Shown here one piece after another: positions 13,552 through 25,057 of a stretch of 64,000 nucleotides of DNA. The notes beneath the pieces are model-generated. The model was not told the DNA's origin and did no database searches. It saw only the letters and a list, made by a program, of their open reading frames with translations. The position numbers and the translations under genes are program-made. The stretch's first letter is position 1; the number at the start of each line of letters is the position of its first letter. The DNA comes from Lama glama (taxonomy: Eukaryota), in the NCBI GenBank assembly GCA_028534125.1, contig CM052817.1:95978001-96042000 (forward strand). Direction: 5' to 3'.

Positions 13552-14140
13552 TGTGCCAGAATCTACAGATTGCCTACCTAACAGCCATTCCATCTTCTTA
13601 TATGCTAACAGGCTCCTGTGGTCTTTGAAGCAACAATATGTCTAATCTAGGATATGACTCATGACTAGTCTAAACTAGTCATTTCCAACTAATATGAATC
13701 TTAAGTGCATCACAGATAGCCAGCCCTTCCCCTTAACCCTCAGGGCAGAAGGGCAGGGCTTAGAGCAAGAGGAATACTGTTTACCCCTCGGATGTACAAC
13801 AGATGTTACATTGACCACGTGTGTTACGAAGGGAAGGGGTCAAGAAGCACAGTTCTAAGTCACACTCTGTTCCCTTGGATACCCAACCTGTCTCCTGCCT
13901 TTACAGTAGTAACCCTGTGATTGAGTTCTGACCAATGAAATATTAGAGCAAGTCTGCTGAGAGCCTCTTGGGAATGTTTATTCTTACTAATCAGAAGGAC
14001 AGAGACGAGAAGAAAGCTTCGCAGCAATGCCTTTCCCCTTCCATCCCACCTTGAATGAGAACACAGTGCCTGGAGCTGCAGAGCCATCTTGCTACCACAA
14101 GACCACAAAGCGTGGACGCTGAAGCCTTTTGTCTTAAAAG
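13552..14140 (+). mobile_element. MaLR LTR (MLT1J/K-like)
   Basis: tgcctacctaacagccattcc...gctaacag and gagttctgaccaatga...tggagctgcagagccatcttg. Confidence 0.65.
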
Positions 14141-15531
14141 CCAAAAGAAAGATATCTTAAAACTACACATTTGCATAGACTGAGTCAAAATTTCAGCAGT
14201 TTCATAACTTTGAGTCTCAATGAAGGAAGGAAGGAAGGCAGGCAGGCAGGCATATTTTGTTCATGGCTTCTTCACTTTTAAAATGAGGATTAAGTGTTTA
14301 TGTTTTCCTCCTAGACATATATAAAATCTCTCTGGATGCCCGGAAGTGACCTGAGTTCACTGAAAGCAGGTGTTTTGATACCAGTGTCAGTCTCCAGGTA
14401 CCAGTGCAGTACCCTGTAGCCAGGTTAGGCAGGCTTTGAGACCAAAAAGTAAAATGAACCAAATGAGATTAGAAATAATTCCAGGAATGGTGATATTTCC
14501 CTTGAAATGTAAGTCTGCTTTAAAATTATAAACTGAATGTTTTAAAATGTCTTTTACCTTAAAAAAAATCAAGACTCTTAATTATAAGGATATAGAAAGA
14601 ATACCTTATTTTTTTTTAAATCTTCTTACCCAGCACTGAATAATGCACATGTAGGCACTTAAGAAATATTTCACAGTGAGGCTGATGGTAATGACAATGA
14701 GATGGCAACTTTCACATTTATTTGTCTTTAGTGGATTTCATTATAACAGGAATGAGAAAGAAAAATAATTTCCAGTTTCTCTTGTTTTATAGCATCCCTT
14801 AAACCCGTGAGTTATCTGTTCCTAGGGTTTTTTTTTTCATATACAGATGTAAGTCATTCACTTGCCGAAATAATACTTACAAAATGAAGTTCATTTTGCC
14901 TGTCAAGTGCAGATAAAAGGAAGAAGGGGAAGAAACAGTTTAAATGTAAAAGGCATCTTTCGCCTAACTCCTGAACTAGTTCACACAATACAATGAATAA
15001 TTGAGCTGCCTGAAACTTCCTATGTGCAGAACGCTGCATGCAGACCAGCGGCATTTTCACTTCAAATTTGTATAGTCTTTAGTCAATATGCTTCATCTGC
15101 ACTTCTAACACCTGCTTCAGTCGGCTGTGAAGTAGGCTGTTATCTCCATAGCTGCCTTTTATCTTTACTCTGTCCATCTCACAACCAAAAAAAATTTTAA
15201 AAACTACATTATAGAATATAATTGCTTGGGCTGAAAGAGATAGAGAGTGAGTCATGTGATCTTGAAAGGTATTTCCCTTTATCTTATCAAAAGGAGATTT
15301 TAAAATGAGTTATGAATTGATGTCATTGTTCTTTGCTGTATATATCTGCAAACATTAATTTTGTACAGCCAAAAGTAACAGCAGACAATTCTCTGCAATG
15401 AGAATCTGTGTTAGGAGCAAAGGAAAGTAAAAATTCAAATGCAATGACTGATACCATTTGCAAAGTACACAAATATCTCTTCCAAAATTGTTATTATTGT
15501 GCTGTTACAAAAGTGATACCCTTCTAGCTTA

Positions 15532-15567
15532 GCGTGCCTAATGTGACCTGCGTGCCTAATGTGACCT
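15532..15567. repeat. Perfect 18-bp tandem duplication
   Basis: GCGTGCCTAATGTGACCT twice in a row. Confidence 0.95.
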
Positions 15568-15834
15568 GTGTTAAAGTTCTATGTATAACAATGTAAACAG
15601 CCAAATGTTGACCGTCAGTCTACTGTCAATGACTCACATTATTTGTCCCGTATTAAACAACTTCATATGGATAACTTAAGCAGAATATTTAATCAGAGAA
15701 GGAGGTTCTCTGATAAAGAAATTATCTTAGGTGAGGAGGAAAAATGAGGAGTAGTTGCAAAAAGAACCAGACTAAAATGGAACAGTTTCTGCTTTATCAT
15801 CACTTTGCTTAGTCCCTTCATAATGAAAATCATA

Positions 15835-15990
15835 ATGTAATTGTTTCATCCATTGTCTATTTCCCTACTTGAATGGAAACTCCATCTGGGTGAGGACTGT
15901 ATCTGGCTTATTTATAAATCTTTTATGAATGTCTCACTTAATCCTAGGCAGACAGTAAATACTAAGTAAAAATTTCTTGAACAAATGAAT
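15835..15990 (+). mobile_element. L2 3' end
   Basis: ccctacttgaatggaaactcca...gaggactgtatctgg...ttcttgaacaaatgaat. Confidence 0.65.
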
Positions 15991-16414
15991 TAAAATTTTT
16001 GCTACTGGACTGAATTGAAAGGGAGCCTGATGGACCAATGGAACTTCTCTATGGGGGAGCAGATATCTCCTTAAAGTTTTAATTTAACAGTCCCAGAATC
16101 AGTGCTTTTATTCGGAGTGAAAACAGGAAACAGTGAACAGTTGAGAAAACAAAAGAAAGAAATTAGCCATTTCCAGAGAAGGAATAATTTAATAACTCAA
16201 AGGAGGTTCAAACTTTTGGACTACTTGAAGGAAACAAAGCTAAACTTTATGAATAAATAGATACACGGGGAAATCCCATTTAATGTGGATTAGCATCAGA
16301 AGGAAATAAGGTGGGTCAGGATAGAATACGGCAAAATTCAAATTACAGAAAATTTTTTAACTTACTATCTACTATAATTTGAACTATCCTCTAGTTTAAA
16401 GTGGAACTCCTTCA

Positions 16415-16725
16415 GCTGCACAATATAATGGAAAGTTGACTGCATGAGAAATAGTTAGATTCGAGCTGTGTTTCTCCTCATTACTAGCTAGGTAAATTTG
16501 GACAAACCAATCGACTTGACTCTTAATTTCACTATCTATTAAATGACAAAAATAATGACAGCTCATATTTATTACTTGCTAGTGTGCCAGACATTCTACT
16601 AAACATTTAACAAAGAATGTTTCATTTAATCTGCACAACACTACAGAAGGCTGGCACTTTTGAGATTCCAGGGATCGGAGGCACAGGGAAGAAACACAAA
16701 CCCAGGCAGTCGCTCCAGAATTCTT
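16415..16725. mobile_element. Two MIR fragments tail to tail (+ then -)
   Basis: ttactagctaggtaaatttggacaa...ctattaaatg (+), then tgtgccagacatt...tcatttaatctgcacaac...aacccaggcagtc (-). Confidence 0.6.
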
Positions 16726-16889
16726 CTCATTCAGAGAAACCTGAGTCTCACAATACTGTGCTTGCCTCACAGGAGAGGCGTGGTGCTTGCCTGAGAAAAT
16801 ACATGCACAAGAGCACTGAAAGTCATAAGCCATCCAGGCAACAGTCTGAGAACGCCCTGAGGCTGTAATGAGCTTGGTTCAGTAGCTGT

Positions 16890-17954
16890 CACCCAGGTTC
16901 AAGCCACTGTCATCTCCTTGCTAAACTAGTGCAACCATCTCCTAACTGGTCTCCCTGCTTCTGCCCTTAATCCTACAGTCAGTTCTCACCAGAGCGGTCA
17001 TTAAGTGAGATTATGTTACTGCTCTGCCCAGAACTTTCAAATGTCTTCCCATTGCTATGAATTGAATTCTCTTCCTCCAAAATTCATATGTTGAAGCTCT
17101 ACCCCTAATGTGGCTATACTTGGAAATACGGCCTTTGGGAGGTAATTAAGGCTAAATGAGGTTATAAGGATGGAGCCCGGATCCAAAGGACCTAGCGCTT
17201 TATTAGAAGAGAGACACCAGATCCCACCTCCATTTCTCTGTCTCTGTCTCTCCCTTAAGCCATCCAGCCCATGGCATTTTGTTATGGCAGCTCAAGTTGA
17301 TTAATACAGCATCTCATTTAGACTTAAACTTAAAGAACTTTCAGTGGCCCACAAGGCCCCAACCATGTTATCTTCCCCCTTGTTACATGCTATAATCTGG
17401 TCCCTTGTTATTTATCTGAATTTATCTCCACTACCCACCCTATTCTGGCCCTTCTCCTGTCTGTCTCAGTACTTTTGCACTTTGGGAACATTCTCTTTAT
17501 ATGGACACTATTTCCCCAAATATTCTCATGGCTTTCTCCCTCATCTGCTTCTAGTCTCTGCTCAAACATTCTAAGTGAGACCGTCACCTATCACATTTTT
17601 AAAAACCTGCAACCCCTCCAGCTTCTTCATCTTTCTCCCTTTCTGGCTTCATTTTTCTCCATTTTCTCCATATGACATACATACACACATACAGATATAG
17701 CTAAAATATATAGATTTGCAACTAAACTATATATAAGATAGAGTTAATAAATAATAATTAGATGAAGTATATTACATAATATATACATATAATATATATT
17801 ACATATCATATATGTGTTTAGTTGCAGATCTGTATGTTTTACTTGCTATATTCCCTCACTAGAATGTAAGCCCCATGAGTTTTTGTCTGTTTTATACATT
17901 TTGGTAGCTACGATTTAGAGCAAGAGCTCAGAAAAGCATCTGTTGAATGAATGA
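16890..17954 (+). mobile_element. L2 3' fragment, interrupted by an MLT1 LTR and an AT-rich tract
   Basis: ctcctaactggtctccctgcttc...; tail ccctcactagaatgtaagccccatgag...tgttgaatgaatga. Confidence 0.8.
17053..17308 (+). mobile_element. MaLR solo LTR (MLT1A/B-like, internally deleted) nested in L2
   Basis: Has TG...CA termini; contains ccaaaattcatatgttgaag, ggtaattaaggctaaatgagg and ttttgttatggcagc...taataca. Confidence 0.85.
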
Positions 17955-18027
17955 GCTGGAGAGACTCAAGTCTGTCCTCATGGAAGACAGATACCACCTG
18001 CTTTCTTGCAGTCAAAGAAGGTGGCAC

Positions 18028-18205
18028 AGGAGGAAGCTGGAGAGGAAGGCAAGGGACAGATCATGTGGGGTCTTGTAAGCCACGTAAGGAATTTTGGTAC
18101 TTATCCCAAAAAACACTGAAGGATTTTAAGCAGGAAAATGAAACATCAGTTTACACCATTCAAGCTCACTCTCACTGCTATACAGAGACTGGAAAGGAAT
18201 GGGTC
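18028..18205 (-). mobile_element. L2 fragment
   Basis: cagatcatgtggggtcttgtaagccacgtaagga...cactgaaggattttaagcagg. Confidence 0.7.
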
Positions 18206-18785
18206 AAAAAAAGAGATGAAGAAATCCAGAGCAACTCCCATTTCCAGGGTTAATATGTGTTTTGGTGTCTCTTCGTGTTGAGGATGTGAACACCCTTAAG
18301 ACTTGCTGATGTAAAAATAAGTCATTGTTCACCTGATTACAGTTATATTTGCAAAGCTCCCAATACTCTCTCTCAAAATTTTAATGTTTCTTCCCCAAAT
18401 CTTTTCCTTCTGAATAAGCCCTGAAATGAAAGCGTACTTATGTAATGACTTAGGAAATTCTAATTACTCAGCCTCCAATACATAATGTAGTCAGTGCCTT
18501 GAGCTTGCACAAAAGATATCTCGGAACAAAGTGCATAAAGGTTATGACTAGCCTCATTTTCTGAGACTCTTTCAGCTATAAATTTGGCTGTGAGCTGGGG
18601 TAGTACGGGAAAGAAGATAAGTGAGAGAAACACTGGTGATTTAACCTCCAGTGTTCCCTTAAGGACAAACATTTGTCACCTTGACAGCAAGGTGAAAGGT
18701 TTGCAGCAAGTGTGCTTATAACAGGACCGTCCCCTCACTCCCCTCCCCGGGGACCGGTGATTTCAGAGCAGGCATTATCTGAACA

Positions 18786-18814
18786 GATGATGATGATGAT
18801 GACGATGACGATGA
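18786..18814. repeat. (GAT/GAC)n trinucleotide repeat
   Basis: gatgatgatgatgatgacgatgacgatga. Confidence 0.9.
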
Positions 18815-19092
18815 GCCACGGGAAAGGCTAGGGGAGGAAAAGAGGTTGAGACCCACATACGTCAGAGCCTCAAACTGAAATGTTACTCCAGGGACTGTCA
18901 CAACTGATTTACCATTTGCTGCTCTTCTTCCTAAGGTTCCACTTGAGGTTGGAGTAATCAACCCTATAAATTATCCCGGAACATTCAAACAGTGTCCAAC
19001 GTTAACAGTCTAGATCCCGTTGCTAATAATTATAAGCATGTCATAAAGCCGAAGTAGGTCCTAGCCATGTATATCTCCACTTTTTATACAAA

Positions 19093-19592
19093 NNNNNNNN
19101 NNNNNNNNNNNNNNNNNNNNNNNNNNNNNNNNNNNNNNNNNNNNNNNNNNNNNNNNNNNNNNNNNNNNNNNNNNNNNNNNNNNNNNNNNNNNNNNNNNNN
19201 NNNNNNNNNNNNNNNNNNNNNNNNNNNNNNNNNNNNNNNNNNNNNNNNNNNNNNNNNNNNNNNNNNNNNNNNNNNNNNNNNNNNNNNNNNNNNNNNNNNN
19301 NNNNNNNNNNNNNNNNNNNNNNNNNNNNNNNNNNNNNNNNNNNNNNNNNNNNNNNNNNNNNNNNNNNNNNNNNNNNNNNNNNNNNNNNNNNNNNNNNNNN
19401 NNNNNNNNNNNNNNNNNNNNNNNNNNNNNNNNNNNNNNNNNNNNNNNNNNNNNNNNNNNNNNNNNNNNNNNNNNNNNNNNNNNNNNNNNNNNNNNNNNNN
19501 NNNNNNNNNNNNNNNNNNNNNNNNNNNNNNNNNNNNNNNNNNNNNNNNNNNNNNNNNNNNNNNNNNNNNNNNNNNNNNNNNNNNNNNNNNNN
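19093..19592. other. Assembly gap (500 N)
   Basis: Run of exactly 500 N. Confidence 1.
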
Positions 19593-20379
19593 AATTTCAG
19601 GAATCAGTAGCAGTTATTTATGTGTTCCTTTGTTGAATGCAACTTTGGCTCTGATGATATTTTACACTTTTACTTTGAAAACTATCTTAAGCTGATGTCA
19701 CTATGAAATCAAAATTGAAGCTACCGTCCATCCCATATGAATATTTATTCATTACTTAATCATCACTGACTCTTAGCACTATCAAATGGGCCAAATTACT
19801 TTTAAAAAATAAACTTTAACCTAAAGAACTCAAACAAACACAACTAGCAGAAAAGTAAGATTACAAAATGTACCCCAAGATGTTGGGGAGGTGGGGGGCA
19901 GTGGCAATAGAGAAGTGAGGGCTAGGACACAGAAAGGATGACATTGGTTTTGGAGGGAAAGAAAAAAGAGAGGAGAGAATTACTGGTCAATCCCATAAAA
20001 ATCTACATTGGTTTCAGATCCATAAGTCTTTTAATCATGAAGAAAAAATAGATACCAACCATGTCCATCCCTGGACACCTAGCTTTGGATGTCCCCGCAC
20101 TAACGTGTAACTAAACTGGTATCAATTCAAACTTAATCATCTCATTCAAAATTATCCTCTTGCTTAAACTGCCTGTTTTTCTTCACGACATCACAGTTAC
20201 TAATCCTAAGATCTTTGAGCCCCCTTAGCTGTTTATGTTCCTTGCATTTCCCGGAATTTCTACCATAAAGATATCCCAGACTCTCATGAAAACTTGACCC
20301 GTCAAAGTCTATAAGGGGGAAAACAGCAGCATAGTTATGTTCAAAAACCAAGAAACAGCCCTTACCTGTTAGATTCATG

Positions 20380-20565
20380 TTGAAATGAGGTGATGACTGG
20401 GGTTTGCGTCAAGTGATATCACAGAGAAGGAAAGCAGATGGGAGTGGAGGGAAACAGAGCTGGGCTCTGTGAACAACGGGTGAAGCTGAGAGATGGCTGC
20501 ACAACGTTCACTAATATTATCTGATCTACTTTGTATAAGTTTCAAAGTTTCTAATAAAAAACAAA
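20380..20565 (+). mobile_element. Old L1 3' end (L1MC/L1ME-like)
   Basis: tgaagctgagagatgg...gttcactaatatt...tctactttgtataagttt...ctaataaaaa. Confidence 0.65.
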
Positions 20566-21058
20566 AGTTGTTGTTTTTAAGGGACCAGAGGTTTAGGAAG
20601 ATACTGTATCTAGAGACTAGAGAAAAAGTCTAGATACAGGACTAAAGACAGGGTTTTGGCCACAGGGATGGAGAGGGTCAGGGGTTCTAAAATAAGCTGG
20701 ATAATCATAAGAGCAGCGACTACTTATAAGTTCTTGCTAATGCAGCAGACACTCGGCTAAGCATCTCAGAGACCCGGTCTTCCTGAATCTCTTTAACAGT
20801 GCTGGAAGGTAGGTACCCCGGGTCCCAGGCCTGGGAGTGAGACGCCTGTGTCCGGGCCTGCATACAGTAGGCACAAGTTAACATTAGCTAAGTAATTCAG
20901 TAAATGACTAAGACAGTTTTTCCTTCTTTTGTGCTGGTGATTCTTTTTTTGTAAGAAAATTCAAAGGCTCTAGCCAAGGTGTTCTTCACTGTTTGCCTAC
21001 ACTCAGAACGGTCTACACATCAGTCTTTCACATCACAACTCACCAACAAACACTGCTG

Positions 21059-21256
21059 GACCTACTGTGCAGCACAGGGAACTATATTCAATATCTTGCA
21101 ATAACCTATAAGGGAAAAGAATCTGAAAAAAAGATATATATATATTATATATATATATATATGTATAACTGAATCACTTTGCTGTACACTTGAAACTAAC
21201 ACAACATTGTAAATCAACTAGACTCCAATAAATAAAAACAAACACACACACACACA
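21059..21256 (+). mobile_element. 5'-truncated artiodactyl-type L1 3' end with target-site duplication
   Basis: cctactgtgcagcacagggaactatattcaatatc...aactgaatcactttgctgtacac; flanking TSD aacaaacactgctg / aagacacactgctg. Confidence 0.9.
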
Positions 21257-21477
21257 AAGACACACTGCTGCCAGGCCACTTCCCTGAAGATACCACTTCT
21301 GGAATATATTACACTCAGAGACTCCTCAGTAATACCTCAACGAGTATCAAGTTCAAAGCTAGCCTCTCATGTAAGGCTCTTCATAATTCTGTCTCACGTG
21401 ATTTCCATTCGTCACCAAGAAGAACTGGCTTAGTCCAGTAAACATTTCTCTTTGCACTATCTCTTGCCTGCAACTGC

Positions 21478-21620
21478 CCATTCATTTACTTATTCATGAC
21501 ATATTGATCGTCTGCTTTGTACGGGGCCCTATATTTGCCATTACAACCACATAGAGAGAGAGACAGAGGGAGCAATGAGGGTAACAGGTACGGTCCCGCC
21601 TTGCCGGGCTGTAGCCACTC
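21478..21620 (-). mobile_element. L2 3' end fragment
   Basis: cattcatttacttattca...tattgatcgtctgctttgtacggggccct resembles the reverse L2 tail. Confidence 0.45.
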
Positions 21621-21907
21621 TCAGGTTGACCTTCTCTGCTTGGGTTTTTCTCTGTCTTGCTCTCCATTTCTGAACTGATGATATCACACATCTAAGCACG
21701 TGATTATATATTTTTTTGTTTTTCTCCAAGCACTTTACTTACCCCTGTCTCATTTCCTCAATTACACTGTCTCTTTAACAGAAATTGTATTTTACACTCC
21801 TCTTCACCACCCAACTGAATGTAACTCACCTGAAATCAAGGATATGTATACAGCACGTCCTTAGTAAACAGCTTTAGGTATGAAAAGAGTTTAGAATATT
21901 AAGTCGA

Positions 21908-22020
21908 GGCGGGAGGATATAGTTCAGTGGTAAAGCGCATGCTTAGCATGCATGAGGTCCTGAGTTCAATTCCCAGTACCTTCAATAAAAATAAATAAAC
22001 CTAATTACCCCCGCCCCCCC
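21908..22020 (+). mobile_element. Vic-1-like SINE with 15-bp TSD
   Basis: tRNA-like head plus cctaattacc tail; TSD agaatattaagtcga (21893-21907) / aaaatattaagtcaa (22021-22035). Confidence 0.92.
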
Positions 22021-23939
22021 AAAATATTAAGTCAAACTAACAATAGACCAAGATCTAATTTATCTTTGCAAATATACAAAAAAATCTCTAGGGAAGGAAC
22101 AGGTATATAAAAGATATAGTTATGCAAATGAAAAGAGGAAAGGAACAAAAAGGAGCATTTCTCCTATACAGTATAACGATCTCTCAATCACATGCGACAC
22201 TTTATAATTTATATGAAACATCAGCCTTCTTCTTTAATTTGTGTATTTTGTAGAACATAATGTAGAGACGATACCATAGGCCAAATTTAATAGGGCTCTG
22301 CTAAGATGTCAATAATACTGATGAAAGTAAATGAAGTCTTCACTTGTTTAACTTTAAAAAAAAAACTATTTTTCAGCAGAAGTCAAGATTAATATTCTAC
22401 ATGTAGAGACCATTTTCATTTTCTATATAGACACTATTGTATATATATGCATAATTTATGTTTATCTAAAAAGAATATTCTTATAGTTTAGTCATGTGTA
22501 AAAGTGTAACTAAAAACGTCTGATAAATGAACTTGCAGGCTTTTCATATCAACTACACCTTTCTTGCAGAAATTCAGCTATGACAAATATTAGATTACTT
22601 GTCCGTGTTGGATTACTATTCTGGATTATACTAGATTTTGTCTGTAAGACACTAACGTTATAACTCATCACAAAGTAAGCCTACTAGACAGACTTCTGCA
22701 CAGAGAATCGCTAATAGGAAGAGCCCCGTAGCCTTAGTCTGTAACGAGCATCACTGTATTCCCAAATTCTGTTCATTCTGCAAAGCTGCTTCTCATACCA
22801 GCCGTGCTGGGGAATACTCTCAGTTGCCTGAACCGCAGCTATTCTTTCGCACGTACTTTTGTATATATTTGATTAACACAGTGTAAGTAAGCTCTCTGAG
22901 AGCAAGACCTTGCCTGGAGACACCTTGGTTCTCCTCCCAGCAGCTACACTGAATCCATTACCTTTAAAGTACTCAATAAAATGTGGCTTTTTTCTAATGA
23001 TAAGAACAATTGTATATAAGAATATGGATGAATAAATATTTATCTGGATGTATATACATACATTCCAAGAAGTTCTTTCACAAGTTCATCAAGCATATAA
23101 ATGTTCCACAGGTAAAAATTATATATATATATATTTTTTAATGTTACCATAAGAAACATTTTTTTCCCAAACCACATATTTTTTCTAAAATTCTAAGTTC
23201 CTGAAAAATGAGCTATATTATCCAAATAGTCCCCAAATAGACTTATCTTTGAAACTGAATCATTAAGTCTACTTTATCTTTATTCCTCTGTTTTCATCTT
23301 CCTCCAATTCTGGAAGAGATATCCATTTCTTCCCAGTCCCTACAAAAGTATAACTTGGACAAACCTGCCTCAAAGTATATATCAGACAAATGAAAATGTG
23401 GTTAACAGTCTGCATTGTTGAGACTGTTAAATAACTTTTTGATAAACCACCACCACTTGTTAAATGTTCTGACTGCCCAGATTACTTTACAGGATTTCCT
23501 TGAATAGAGATAGTCTTTGCCTGACTTAAAAGTGTACACTAAATCAAAGTTATAATTCAAATACCAAAGGAGGTGGTAAAAATATCAACAAAAAGAAGAA
23601 AACCAGCAAAGGTTAGTAATTTAAACAGTGAAGAGCTTAGGTTTGGGACTAGTCAAAATTCCTAAAGGAATAAATGGGGAAAATAAGAATGTCATCTGAC
23701 TATCATAAAGCAAAATTTATCCTAGGATATCTGAAATATATTCTCTTGGGTTTACGTTTAAATATCCACTCTTTCATGAAATAATAATGATAACAAATTG
23801 TAGTTTTTATTTAGCAAAATGAAGAATTAAAAACATTAGCCATTCCCCAAAATTTCTTTTGAAATTTTACTGATCAAGAAATCCAAATAATAGAAAATCA
23901 CTGACCTTGTTAAACTGCCGTGTGAGAAACATCAGTCTT

Positions 23940-24159
23940 TTTTTTAAACATTTTTTACTGATTTATAATAATTTTACAATGTTGTGTCAAATTCCAGTGT
24001 AGAGCACAATTTTTTGATTATACATGAACATATATATATATATATTCATTGTCACATTTTTTTCTCTGTGAGCTACCATAAGATCTTGTATATGTTTCCC
24101 TGTGCTATACAGTATAATCTTGTTTATCTATTCTACATTTTGAAATCCCAGTCTATCCC
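23940..24159 (-). mobile_element. Camelid-type L1 3' end with TSD
   Basis: ttacaatgttgtgtcaaattccagtgtagagcac...ttccctgtgctatacagt; TSD aacatcagtctt / aacactagtctt. Confidence 0.85.
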
Positions 24160-24854
24160 AACACTAGTCTTACTGAACATGTTCTTTCAAATGTGAAGAG
24201 AGTTAAAGCAGATTAAAAAAAAAATTATGAGTCCCATGAGAACAGTTGTTAAATGCAGAGGAAGGCACTTAAGTTAAAAATAAAGTCATATTCAGACTTT
24301 GAAGATGGATTGACTTTTAGGCACCTCAAGCTACATTATACTATTTTCCAAAGGACATCTCATACGTTTAAGGCTGCATTTATTTTCCTGGCATCGTCAG
24401 CACTTCTGAATAAGCGTTATTAATTTATCAAAATAGCACAGTGTTGGAAAAAGAAAGAAATCGACCATTATGAGGAGTCAAAATGATGCAAATTATAATA
24501 TAACCATTTTAAAATGTTTTGGCTGTGCACTAGAGTTTTTTCTAATACTCCAGAGTAAATAGTCCTCTCAGGAGCCAAAGGAGAATTACAAATAAAATTC
24601 ATGAGCCCCTTTCTTTGTAATAAGCAGATTGCTTAAGTGCTGGATACTTAACCAACTATCATCTTTACAACAACAAAATCCCTGTCTAGTTGAGCATGTG
24701 TGTATAATCGACGTCAAATTCACTAGGGAAGACTGGAATAGTAAGTCGGGCTGTATCTGAAATACATATACAAAAATGAAGACATATAAAGATATCAGAC
24801 ACCAAATTATATTAAAATAGATAATTGCAAGCTATTTTGTCAATTTAACATCTC

Positions 24855-25057
24855 TTCAGTGTTATCTTTCTGCCGTGATGAAAATGTTCAACATTCTGCA
24901 CTGTCTAGTACAGTAACCAGCAGTCACATGTGGTCACTGAATCCCTGAAATGTGGCTAGTGTGACTGAGGAACTGATTGTTTAATTTTATTTAATTTTAA
25001 CCAACTAAATTTGAAATAGCTGCATGTAGCTTGTGGCTACCTTAGTAGTCAGTTTAA
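24855..25057. mobile_element. MER3 (hAT-Charlie) DNA transposon
   Basis: ctttctgccgtgatgaaaatgttc...cacatgtgg...tgaaatgtggctagtgtgactgaggaactga...ttaattttatttaatttt. Confidence 0.85.

Noticed and set aside
18716..18961. ORF with a poly-serine run
   Set aside because: The poly-Ser comes from a (GAT/GAC)n repeat; no recognisable homology or supporting exon structure.
19067..19636. 189-aa ORF, and similar ORFs at 57103-57352
   Set aside because: Artefacts of translating through N gaps.
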